From contig CAVZFY010000028.1 in the NCBI GenBank assembly GCA_963774695.1, positions 4,602 through 68,601 of the forward strand: a stretch of DNA of 64,000 nucleotides. The letters run 5' to 3'. The notes beneath the pieces are model-generated. The model searched no databases and was not told where the DNA came from. It saw only the letters and a list, made by a program, of their open reading frames with translations. Of this stretch, positions 30,099 to 39,410 are shown one piece after another. Both the position numbers and the translations under genes were made by a program. Positions within the stretch are counted from its first letter, which is position 1, and the number at the start of each line of letters is the position of its first letter. Origin of the DNA: an uncultured Chloroflexia bacterium. GTDB lineage: Bacteria > Chloroflexota > Limnocylindria > Limnocylindrales > CSP1-4.

Positions 30099-31217
30099 AT
30101 GTCCGCCGCGCACCCCAGCTCGAGCCTGCCGCCCGCCATCTCCGTCAGGGGTGTTCGGCGTGTCTACGACACGAAGCCGAAGCCGGTCGTGGCGCTCGAC
30201 GGCGTCGACCTCGAGGTCGCGTCCGGCGAGTTCTTCGGGCTGCTCGGACCGAACGGGGCGGGCAAGACGACGCTGATCAAGATCCTGACGACCCTGCTCC
30301 TGCCGACGAGCGGCGAGGCGCGGATCTTCGGCTTCGACGTGGCCACCGAGACCCGCCGGATCCGCCGGATCATGAACATGGTCGCGGGCGGCGAGCAGTC
30401 GGGCTACGGGATCCTCACCGTCCGCGAGCAGCTCTGGATGTTCAGCCAGTTCTACGGCCTGGGCAACCGCGAGGGCTGGAAGCGGACCGACCAGATGATC
30501 GAGGCGGTCGGGCTCCACGACCAGCGCCTCCAGCGCGTCAGCACGCTGTCGACCGGGCAGCGCCAGAAGCTCAACATGGCCCGCGGCCTGCTCAACGACC
30601 CGTGGATCCTGTTCCTCGACGAGCCGACGCTCGGCCTCGACGTCGCCGCGGCGCGGACGATCCGCGAGCTCGTGCTCGAGTGGAAGGGCGCGGTCACCGG
30701 GCGGACGGTGCTGCTCACGACCCACTACCTGGCCGAGGCGGACGAGCTGTGCGAGCGGATCGCGATCGTCGACCACGGCCGGATCCTCGCGATCGGGTCG
30801 CCCGACGAGCTCAAGCGGCGCGTGCAGCGCGAGTCGATCTTCCGGCTCGAGCTCGACCGGCTCGACGCCGGCATCGGGGCCCTCGCACGGATCCCGGGCG
30901 TCGTCTCCGCGGCACCGGCCGCCGACGCCGACCCGGAGATGCAGCGGGTCGCGGTGAACCTCGTGCTCGTCGAGGACGGGGCGCTGGGTGGCGTCGTCAC
31001 CGCGCTCGCCGGCATGGGCAGCCACATCCTCGCCCTCCGCAAGTCGGAGCCCACCCTCGAGGACGTGTTCATGGAGCTCGTCGGCCGCGGGTTCGGCGAC
31101 GAGGAGCCGTCACGGGAGCCGAACCGGCCGACCGACGACGACGGGCCGGCCTACCTGCCGCCGATGCCGAGCGCGGACGAGGCGGAAGAGGCCGACCGGG
31201 TGGAGGCACGCCGGTGA
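30099..31217 (+). CDS. ABC transporter ATP-binding protein (DrrA/ABC-2 type) with a C-terminal extension
   Basis: Walker A 'GPNGAGKTT', signature 'LSTGQRQKLNMARGL', Walker B 'ILFLDEPT'. Intact 372 aa. Confidence 0.9.
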   Translation: MSAAHPSSSLPPAISVRGVRRVYDTKPKPVVALDGVDLEVASGEFFGLLGPNGAGKTTLIKILTTLLLPTSGEARIFGFDVATETRRIRRIMNMVAGGEQSGYGILTVREQLWMFSQFYGLGNREGWKRTDQMIEAVGLHDQRLQRVSTLSTGQRQKLNMARGLLNDPWILFLDEPTLGLDVAAARTIRELVLEWKGAVTGRTVLLTTHYLAEADELCERIAIVDHGRILAIGSPDELKRRVQRESIFRLELDRLDAGIGALARIPGVVSAAPAADADPEMQRVAVNLVLVEDGALGGVVTALAGMGSHILALRKSEPTLEDVFMELVGRGFGDEEPSREPNRPTDDDGPAYLPPMPSADEAEEADRVEARR

Positions 31218-32113
31218 GCGCGGAGCCGGCGCCTTCGATCTTCGCCAGCACGAGGGGCGGCACCGACCCGCGGACCGCCTCGCTCTGGACGCGCCGCCAG
31301 GTCATCGAGAACAACGCCCGCTCGCTGGTCGGCCGGGCGTTCCCCCGGGTCCGGGGCATGGTCCGCGAGCCGTCGTGGGTGTTCTTCGAGATCCTGCTGC
31401 CGTTCCTGACGACCTCGGCGTTCGTGCTCGTCTATCGCACCCTCCAGGCGCCCGAGGCCTACGTCGGCTTCGTGATCCTCGGTGGCGCGATGGCGGCGTT
31501 CTGGCTCAACGTCGTGTGGATGATGGCCGCCCAGCTGTACTGGGAGAAGGACCAGGGCAACCTCGAGCTGTACTTCGCGGCGCCCATGAACCTGATGTCG
31601 GTGCTGCTCGGGATGGCCGTCGGCGGCCTGATCATGAGCACGACCCGGGCGGTCGCGATCCTCGTGGTCTCGACGATCGTGTTCGGGGTGACGTTCAACG
31701 TCGAGCAGTGGGGGCTGCTGATCGTCGTCTTCCTGCTGACGATGTCGGCGCTCTACGGCCTCGGGATGGCGATGGCGAGCCTGTACCTGCTGTGGGGCCG
31801 CGAGGCGTTCCACATGACGAACGTGATGATCGAGCCCGTCTACTTCGTGTCCGGGCTCAACTTCCCGGTCGGCAAGCTGGGCGCGCTCGGCGCGGTGGCC
31901 ATCGCGACGATCCCGTTCGCCGTCGGTCTCGATGCCATGCGCCAGCTCGTGTTCGCGGGCGAGCCCTACATCACCGGCACGCCCTCGCCCGAGATCGAGG
32001 CCCTGATCCTCGTCGCGATGACGATCGGCTTCACGCTGGCCGCCCGCTGGCTGATCCGCACGATCGAGCGGATGGCCCGCGGTCGCGGCTCGCTGTCGAT
32101 CCGCTGGCAATGA
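31214..32113 (+). CDS. ABC-2 type transporter permease
   Basis: GTG 31214 overlaps the ATPase stop. Six hydrophobic helices. Intact. Confidence 0.8.
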   Translation: MSAEPAPSIFASTRGGTDPRTASLWTRRQVIENNARSLVGRAFPRVRGMVREPSWVFFEILLPFLTTSAFVLVYRTLQAPEAYVGFVILGGAMAAFWLNVVWMMAAQLYWEKDQGNLELYFAAPMNLMSVLLGMAVGGLIMSTTRAVAILVVSTIVFGVTFNVEQWGLLIVVFLLTMSALYGLGMAMASLYLLWGREAFHMTNVMIEPVYFVSGLNFPVGKLGALGAVAIATIPFAVGLDAMRQLVFAGEPYITGTPSPEIEALILVAMTIGFTLAARWLIRTIERMARGRGSLSIRWQ

Positions 32114-33058
32114 GCGCGTTCGCGGCCGACGAGGTCACCGGCGCCCGCACCTTCGATCCCGCGCGGACCGAGGGCGGCGGGACGGCCGACACGATGCGCA
32201 ACCTGCGGGCCGCGCTGGTGCTCGGCTGGCGCGTCGAGTCCAACTGGACCGATCCGCTGCTGTTCTTCATCTACACCGTCGCGCGCCCGATCGCGTCGCT
32301 CCTGCTCCTGGTCGTGATGGTCACGATCATCGGCGGCAGCGCGAACCAGGATGTGCGGACGTTCGTCGTGCTGGGCAGCGCGCTGTGGGCGATGCTCGTC
32401 GCGGGGATCGCGGGGCCGGCCTGGTCCGTGCTCGAGGACCGCGAGCGCTACCGGATGCTCAAGTACCTGTACGTCAGCCCGGCGACGTTCCTCGTGCTGC
32501 TGATCGGGCGCGGCGGGGCGCGCCTCGGCGCCGGCGCGATGGGGACGGTGGTCGCGCTCGTGTTCGCCGTCATCGTCCTGGGCCTGCGGATCGACCTCGC
32601 GACCGTCAACTGGGCGCTCCTCGCCGCGTGCCTCGCGATCGGCCTGCGTCCCGATCCTCGCCCTCGGCGTGCTGCTCGCCGCGGTCTGCCTCCAGACGCG
32701 CCAGGAGAGCTGGTCGTATCCCGACGCCTTCGCGGGCGCGATGTTCCTGGTCTCGGGCGTCGTGTTCCCGCTCGCCATCCTGCCCGCCGCGCTCCAGGTC
32801 GTCGGCCTGCTGAACCCGATCACGTGGTGGATCGCGGGCGTCCGGCTCGCCGTCCTGCCCGACGGCCCGTCATCGGTCGGCGGCGCCGGATCGGTGTGGA
32901 CAGCTGTCACCGGTACTTCGGCGCCCGATGGTCCCACGATCCTCGCTGCCTTGTGCGTGACCGGGGCGCTGGCTACACTCGCGGCCATCGCCATCTTCCG
33001 GTCGAGCGAGCGTCGGGCGAGGGACCTGGGGCTCCTGGACCGGACGACCGGCTCGTAG
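32110..33058 (+). CDS. ABC-2 type transporter permease, second subunit (1 frameshift near 32647)
   Basis: ATG 32110 overlaps the upstream stop (ATGA). It continues in ORF 32669..33058 after one inserted base is removed. Confidence 0.75.
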
Positions 33059-33106
33059 CGGCCGGGGGCGTCGGCCAGGCGGCAGGCGCCGCATCGAGGA
33101 GGGCTC

Positions 33107-33743
33107 ATGCGGATCTACGAGGGCAGCCCGAGGCAGGACTTCGAGGAGGTCTTCCGGTCGATCGGGGCGTTCCTCGACAGCCGGGGCATGCGCGACATCC
33201 TCGTCCTCGAGGTCCCGGACGGGTTCGTCGTCCAGGGCCTGGTCGCGGCCGGGACGGCGTCGGCCAGCGCCTGGTCGGAGACGGTCGGGACGATCACGAA
33301 GGAGACGCTCTCCTTCTTCGACGACGACATCGCGAAGTTCATGGAGGAGGCCGCGGCACGCCGCGGGCAATCCCCAGCCGGACACCCGCGGCGTCGGAGC
33401 CCACGAGCGCGCGCTGCGCGTCGTCGGTCGCTGGATCGACGAGCAGAAGCCCAAGGACGTCTTCCTGTTCGAGCAGGACGGCCAGTACGTCCTGCGCCTG
33501 ATGGTCGCCGGCCAGGCCGGCGCGCACCACGAGATCAGCGAGTTCACCCGCGAGGACATCGACGCGCTCGTCGCCCAGGGCCCGGACCTGCGTGGCAAGC
33601 CGAAGGCGCCGCGGCAGTCGCCGATCCAGGCGATCGCGCCCCTCTCCGCGGGTGCCCCGCCGCCGGCGCCGGCCGCCGCCGAGCCGGCCGCCGCGGCCGT
33701 CGACGCCGCCCCCGCGTCCACGTGGGGCGACACGCCCGGCTGA
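33107..33743 (+). CDS. Hypothetical protein with two tandem ~90-aa repeats and an Ala/Pro-rich tail (1 frameshift near 33365)
   Basis: Repeat 1 'YEGSPRQDFEEVFRSIGAFLDSRGMRDILVLEVPDGFVVQGLV'. Repeat 2 'HERALRVVGRWIDEQKPKDVFLFEQDGQYVLRLMV'. Confidence 0.55.
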
Positions 33744-33829
33744 CCGTCCGGGTGGCGGCTCGCCCCGCCGAGGGGCACAATCAATCCTGACCGTCGCACT
33801 CACGTCGTATTCGAAGGAGGCCCAACCCG

Positions 33830-33985
33830 ATGAAGGCGTTGCGGACCGTCGCCGTCGCCCTGGGGATCACCCTCGGCGCCCTGATCGTCATCCCGCTGGT
33901 CGTGCTTGCCGGGCTGTTCGTCTGGCTCAAGCTGACCGAGGAGGACGACGAAGAGGCCCTGGAGCTCGAGCAGGAAGGCGTCTGA
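33830..33985 (+). CDS. Small single-pass membrane protein (51 aa) with an acidic C-terminal tail; not in the ORF track
   Basis: 'GAAGGAGG' lies 9 nt upstream of ATG 33830. 'MKALRTVAVALGITLGALIVIPLVVLAGLFVWLKLTEEDDEEALELEQEGV*'. Two hairpins follow. Confidence 0.55.
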   Translation: MKALRTVAVALGITLGALIVIPLVVLAGLFVWLKLTEEDDEEALELEQEGV

Positions 33986-34040
33986 TCGACGCACCCCCGC
34001 CGGCGGACGGACAATCCGCCGGCTCATCGCTCGACGCGAC

Positions 34041-34063
34041 GCCCGCCGGACCGGCGGGCGTTT
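34041..34063 (+). terminator. Intrinsic terminator-like hairpin
   Basis: gcccgccgg-a-ccggcgggc followed by gTTT. A second hairpin lies at 34000-34022 (ccggcgga/tccgccgg). Confidence 0.5.
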
Positions 34064-34065
34064 CC

Positions 34066-35009
34066 GTGTCCGCTCGCTCGCGGGTCCCGGCCAGGACGCG
34101 CCGCTTCGCGGAGCTCGGGATCCTGGTCACCGTCGTCATCTGGTCGGCCAACTTCGTCATCGTCAAGGCCGCGATCGGCGAGCTCGGGACGTTCACGTTC
34201 ACGGGTGCCCGCTACCTCGTCGCGTCGCTGCACGCTGCTCGCGATCCTGGGGTGGCGGCAGGGGTCGATCCGGCCGCCGGCCGGCTACGGACGGGTGCTC
34301 CTGGTGCTGGGGCTGCTCGGGTTCGGCTGCTACCAGATCCTGTGGACGACGGGGCTGACCCAGATCAGCGCCGGCGACTCGGCGCTGCTCGTCGCGGCCT
34401 CGCCGGTCGTGGTCGCGCTGCTCGCCGCGGCCGTCGGGATGGACCGGCTGACCGGGCCCAAGCTCGCGGGGGCGCTGATCGCGTTCGCCGGGGTCGCCGT
34501 CGTCATCGGCGGGTCGCAGGCACTCTCGCTGGGATCGTCGCTCGTCGGCGACGCGCTGACGCTGGGCGGCGGCGGTGCTGTGGGCGGTCTACACGGTGGG
34601 CGCGAGCCGGGTCGTCACGCGGATCGACCCGCTGGCGGCCTCGACGTGGACGGTGGTCGCGGGTGCCGCGCTGCTGGTGCCGCTCGGGCTCGCGGAGTCG
34701 ATCGGCCGTGGGACGGTCACCGTCACGCCCGCCGCCGTCGTCGCGATCCTGTACTCCGGCATGCTCGCGGCGGGCATCGCCAACGTGTTCGTCCTCAACG
34801 CGGTCCGCTACGTCGGGCCGACCCGGGCGACCGCGATGCAGTTCCTCGTGCCGGCCGGGGCCGTCGTGCTCGGGGCGATCTTCCTGGCCGAGCCCGTCGG
34901 GCTGCCGCAGGTCATCGGCGGCGCCGTGATCGTCCTCGGCGTCTGGCTCACGCGGCGGGCGTCGATCCTCCCGTCGGCCGTGCGGTCGCGGCTATCCTCG
35001 GCCGCGTGA
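34066..35009 (+). CDS. EamA/DMT family transporter (2 frameshifts, ~34233 and ~34568)
   Basis: 'VVIWSANFVIVKAAI', then 'GFGCYQILWTTGL' and 'LWAVYTVGASRV...' in three different frames. 10-TM pattern. Confidence 0.75.
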
Positions 35010-35855
35010 GCTCGACCCTTCCCGACCCGCCGCGGTCGTCCGTCCTCCCGCCGGTGCCGGTGCCGCCGCTGGAGCCGGGCCGGCCGCCGCTCGCGATCCT
35101 CGTCGACTACGACGGCACGATCGCGCGGACCGACGTGTCCGACCAGCTGATGGCGGAGTTCGTCACCGCCGACTGGGAGGCCCACGTCGCCGACTACGAC
35201 GCCGGTCGCGTCGGCTCCCGCCGGCTGATGGCCTGGGAGGTGGGGTTGATCACCGCGGACCCGGACGCGCTGCGCGCCAAGGCCGCCGCGCAGCCGCACG
35301 ACCCGTCGTTCCGGCCGTTCGCCGAGCGCGCGCTGGCGGCCGGGATCCCCGTCGAGGTGGTCTCGGACGGGTTCGGGTTCTTCATCGAGCCCGCGCTCGA
35401 GGCGCTCGGCGTCGGCCAGCTGCCGGTGGTGACGGCCGCGACCACGTTCGGTCCCGACGGCGCCCGGATCGACTTCCCGAACGGCAACCCGGACTGCTTC
35501 GTGTGCGGCACCTGCAAGCGCAACCGCGTGCTCGCCCACCAGTCGGCGGGCCGGGCGGTCGTGTTCATCGGCGACGGCCCGTCCGACCGCTATGCCGCGG
35601 GCTACAGCGACGTCGTCTTCGCGAAGGAGTCACTCGAGCAGATCTGCGTCGCGGAGGGGTGGGACTACACCCGCTGGTCGGCGTTCTCGGAGATCGACGC
35701 GTGGCTCGATCGCCACCTTGGCCGCGTTCGCGGCCGACCCCGCCGCGCTGCCGGGACCGCGGCATCGCCCGCTGTTCTGCGGCGCCGAGGTCTGGGGCCC
35801 CGGCCAGTTCGACCCGCCGCCGCTCGGCCTGAATCTCTGCCCGAACGGTCGTTGA
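35006..35855 (+). CDS. HAD-IB family phosphatase (MtnX-like), 1 frameshift near 35712
   Basis: 'ILVDYDGTI' (DxDxT), 'CFVCGTCKRNRV', 'FIGDGPSDRYAA'. The C-terminus is in ORF 35592..35855. Confidence 0.75.
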
Positions 35856-35888
35856 CGTGGGGCCCGGGGCGCTGGGACCGTTTCCCTC

Positions 35889-37415
35889 GTGGAGAGCACG
35901 TCCGCGCCGCCCGTCAGCGTCGAGGCACCGCGCCAGCGAGCCGATCCCGTCGCGGCCGAGACCGAGGGCGCCGGATTCGGCGAGGGCGGCGCGTACGGCG
36001 GCCGGGCCATCCCGGCCCACCCGGGGATGCTGCCGTTCGGGCGCGTGGACGCCGGGTCGAGGCAGGGCTGGACGATCCACCTCCAGCGGACGGCCGGCAA
36101 CCGCGCCACGACCGACATCGTCCGCCGGCTCCTCCAGCGGGACGCCGGCGACGACCCGATCCCGCCGAACCCGTACGTGATCGAGACGGCGGGTGGCGGC
36201 ACGCGGCCCGAGCTGCCCGCGAACCCGTACGTCGGCGAGAACGACCCCGTGACGCTGACCAACCCGCGGTTCACGGGCCAGACGCGCCTCTCGCGCATCG
36301 CCGCCGGCCAGGCCGTGCTGTCGGCGGCGGACAACGGGGCATCGATGTCGGCGGTCCAGCAGGCGCTGATCGCCATGGGCTTCGAGATGGTCCGCCACGG
36401 CCAGGACGGGCGGTTCGGCGACGAGACCCGCGAGGCCATCGGCCTGTTCCGCGCCCGCCGGAGCATGAGCGGCGACCAGCTCTCCGCCCGCGCCCTGGGC
36501 GAGCTCGACACCTCCGCGCCGCCGCCGGGTGCGTCGGAGGAGCACTACTTCGACTACGAGCGGCTGTTCGCCGACGGCTACCTCGACGTGACGATCGCCA
36601 TCGGGTACGACGAGGGCGGCTCCCACACCGACAACCTCGCGTCGGTCCAGGCGTGGATGACCGGTCACTCGTTCGAGCTCGTGCCGGCGCAGACGGGCCG
36701 CCCGACGCAGTACCGCCTCCGGCGCGACGTGACCTACCCCACGAGCCACGGCACCCGGATGACCCGCGAGGTCATCGTCCGCGTGAACGTGATCACCCCG
36801 GGGGCCGGTGCGGCGCGCCAGTTCGGCCAGGCCCTCGCGGACTCCGAGGTCACGCTGTATGCAGGGCACGCCCGGCGGGGGATCGGCCCGGACTTCGACC
36901 CCGACATCTCGCCTGCCGAGAACTTCGTCATCGGCGTCGCGTCCGCGCTCCACGCCTCCGGCCGGGCGATCGAGCCGTCGCAGGTCTTCCAGCACGAGTA
37001 CGTCTTCAACCGGGTCAACGACCTGGAGCAGATGACGGCGCGTGGCGAGTTCAACCGCGAGCAGTACCGGATCTGGTTCTTCAACGCCTGCACGACGCTC
37101 GCGTACTTCGACGAGATCCGGGGCGGAATCCTGCCCGCGAGCATGGACCGCTCGAGCCTCGACCTGATGGGCACCCGCGACCCGATGCCGCTCATCGCCG
37201 AGATGCCCGAGACGCTGGCGATGCTCGACGGCATCCTCCGGGCCGGGACGATGGAGGAGATCACGCGCGCGATGACGCGGGCCGGCGTCGAGACGATCAA
37301 CGCGATCCCGGACTCCGAGATCACGCCGGCGCAGCGCCGCGAGCTCCTCGCGCCGATGCCGGGGATCCTGATCCACGAGGGCGCGGGCGACAACCCGGTG
37401 GCCCCGACGCCCTGA
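35889..37415 (+). CDS. Orphan protein: 'LQRTAGNRA' N-terminal motif + PG_binding_1 domain + unknown C-terminal domain with a candidate His/Cys dyad
   Basis: Intact 508-aa ORF. aa 65-73 'LQRTAGNRA'; aa ~150-205 'MSAVQQALIAMGFEMVRHGQDGRFGDETREAIGLFRA'; 'LYAGHARRG' (H327) and 'WFFNACTT' (C401). Confidence 0.7.
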   Translation: MESTSAPPVSVEAPRQRADPVAAETEGAGFGEGGAYGGRAIPAHPGMLPFGRVDAGSRQGWTIHLQRTAGNRATTDIVRRLLQRDAGDDPIPPNPYVIETAGGGTRPELPANPYVGENDPVTLTNPRFTGQTRLSRIAAGQAVLSAADNGASMSAVQQALIAMGFEMVRHGQDGRFGDETREAIGLFRARRSMSGDQLSARALGELDTSAPPPGASEEHYFDYERLFADGYLDVTIAIGYDEGGSHTDNLASVQAWMTGHSFELVPAQTGRPTQYRLRRDVTYPTSHGTRMTREVIVRVNVITPGAGAARQFGQALADSEVTLYAGHARRGIGPDFDPDISPAENFVIGVASALHASGRAIEPSQVFQHEYVFNRVNDLEQMTARGEFNREQYRIWFFNACTTLAYFDEIRGGILPASMDRSSLDLMGTRDPMPLIAEMPETLAMLDGILRAGTMEEITRAMTRAGVETINAIPDSEITPAQRRELLAPMPGILIHEGAGDNPVAPTP

Positions 37416-37495
37416 ACTCCCGGGAAACGAATCCGGTTGCGATGACGCCATACCCTGCAGACCCGGCCGCGTGCGCCGGGCGAGGGTGAGGGACC

Positions 37496-38059
37496 GTGGA
37501 CCGACGGGAGCTCGTCGAGCGTGCGGGGCGAGGCGATCACGACGCCTTCGCCGTGCTCGCGACGGCGGCGTCATCCCGGCTGGACGCGGCCGCGCGCCTC
37601 ATCCTCCGGGACCCGGAGCTCGCGCGCGACGCGGTCCAGAACGCCCTGGTGCGCGCCTGGAAGGACCTCCCCGGGCTTCGTGACCCGGACCGGTTCGACG
37701 CCTGGCTCCACCGCCTGCTCGTGAACTCCTGCCTCGACGAGGCTCGCCGGCGACGCCGGCGGCCGATCGAGGTCGACATCCTGCCCATCGACGAACCGTC
37801 CATGCCCGGCGACGACGCCCGCCACCTGGCGGACCGCGACCTGGTCGAGCAGGCCCTCGCCCGCCTCGACCCGGAGCAACGCGCGCTCGTCGTCCTGCAC
37901 TACTACCTCGGCTATCCCTTGCCCGAGGCCGCGACGTCGCTGGGGATCTCCCTCCCCGCGGCGAAGTCGCGGCTCCACCGGGCGATCGGGGCGCTGCGCC
38001 GCGTCCTCGCCACCGACCTCGTCGACGGCGTCGAACTGGAAGGAGGGCGGACCGCATGA
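37496..38059 (+). CDS. ECF sigma factor
   Basis: 'DAVQNALVRAWKDLPGLRDPDRFDAWLHRLLV' and 'QRALVVLHYYLGYPLPEAATSLGISLPAAKSRLHRA'. Intact 187 aa. Confidence 0.9.
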   Translation: MDRRELVERAGRGDHDAFAVLATAASSRLDAAARLILRDPELARDAVQNALVRAWKDLPGLRDPDRFDAWLHRLLVNSCLDEARRRRRRPIEVDILPIDEPSMPGDDARHLADRDLVEQALARLDPEQRALVVLHYYLGYPLPEAATSLGISLPAAKSRLHRAIGALRRVLATDLVDGVELEGGRTA

Positions 38060-39366
38060 CCGCCTTCGACCGGCTTCGACCTCGTGGACGCCCGCGTCGC
38101 GGGCGCCATCGACGAGATCGCGGCCGCCAGCCGCCCCGACTACCTCGACGACATCTTCAAGGTCACCGCGCAGACGCGACAGCGACCGCGCTGGACCTTC
38201 TTCGAAAGGTGGCTCCCCATGGACACCGCGATCACCCGGACCGCCGGGCGGTTCCGGCTCCCGCTTGCGATCGATCTTCGTGGTGCTGATCCTCGCGCTG
38301 CTCGCGGCGATCGCCGCCGCGTACGCCGGCTCGCACAATCGCCCCGCACCGCCGTTCGGCCCAGCCAGGAACGGCATGGTCGCGTATGGCGACGGCAACG
38401 ACATCTACGTCCGCGACACGCTGGACGGCACGAGCCGCCTCCTCATCGGCGGGGCTAACCAGCAGGGCGGCCCGGGGTTCTCGCCGGATGGGCAGCTTCT
38501 CGCTTACGACGACATCGTCGGCACGCATCGATCACCTCTGGGTCGCCAACGCCGATGGCAGCAAGCCCAGGCAGATCTTCGAGTACAACATGACCGGTGC
38601 CTGGACCGCGTGGTCGGGCGACAGCCGGCACCTGTCGGTCGTCGGCGGGCCGCAGGCGAGGCCGAGCCTCTGGATCGTCTCCGTTGACGGCACCCCCGCG
38701 CGAGAGGTCTCCCTCGGCGACCTGACGCCGAACCGCAGCGCCGTCTGGGACCCGCTCGTCCCCGATCAGCTGTTGATTCGCGCGTCCAAGCCGGGTGGCG
38801 ACATTGGGCTCTACTACGTGCATGACGATGGCACGGGGCTTGTGCCAGTGCCGACGCCATGGCCGGCGGTCTTCGGAACGGACTGGGATCTCAGCGGGAT
38901 CGTGATGTCGGACGATGGTCAGCACATCGCGATGAACGTCATCACCGCGGTCCCCGGCACGGACCCGGGCGGGTACTACCGGATCGGGCTCATCGACCGC
39001 GACGGATCCGATCCGCGCATCCTGGCCGGCCCTGCCGACCACGCGATCAACGAAGGCTGGCCGTCGTTCTCGCCGGACGGCAAATGGATCTCGACGCAGC
39101 GGTTCACCTGGGCGGATGCGGCCGGCAACGGGCAGGCGTCGCTGGCGGTGATGCCGGCGGACGGGTCAGCCGTGGGGCGCGACGTCGTTCCGCCGTTCAC
39201 GACCACCAACGGCGAGATCGACTCGACGTGGACTCCTGATGCCAGTCGGCTGATCGCCTGGGTGACGGGCCTGAAGCAGGCCCTCAAGATCGACCCCGCG
39301 ACCGGCGCCAGCGAGCCGCTGCCGTGGGTCAAGGACCTCCTGGCCTACCAGCGCGTCGCACCCTGA
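38056..39366 (+). CDS. Membrane-anchored anti-sigma-like protein fused to a PD40 beta-propeller (3 frameshifts: ~38075, ~38270, ~38525)
   Basis: ATG 38056 overlaps the sigma stop (ATGA). 'YLDDIFKVTAQTRQRPRWTFFERWLPMD', TM 'IFVVLILALLAAIAAAY', then PD40 repeats ('FSPDGQLLAY', 'FSPDGKWIS'). Confidence 0.7.
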
Positions 39367-39410
39367 TCTCGGCCGACCGACGCCGGGTCCGGCTCCTCCC
39401 GGACCCGGCG

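Noticed and set aside
34205-37489. 1094-aa ORF spanning the EamA, HAD and orphan-protein regions
   Set aside because: This is a chimera. It is in frame only for parts of the EamA gene and most of the HAD gene. Elsewhere it is an out-of-frame Arg/Pro-rich read-through overlapping the intact 35889..37415 ORF.
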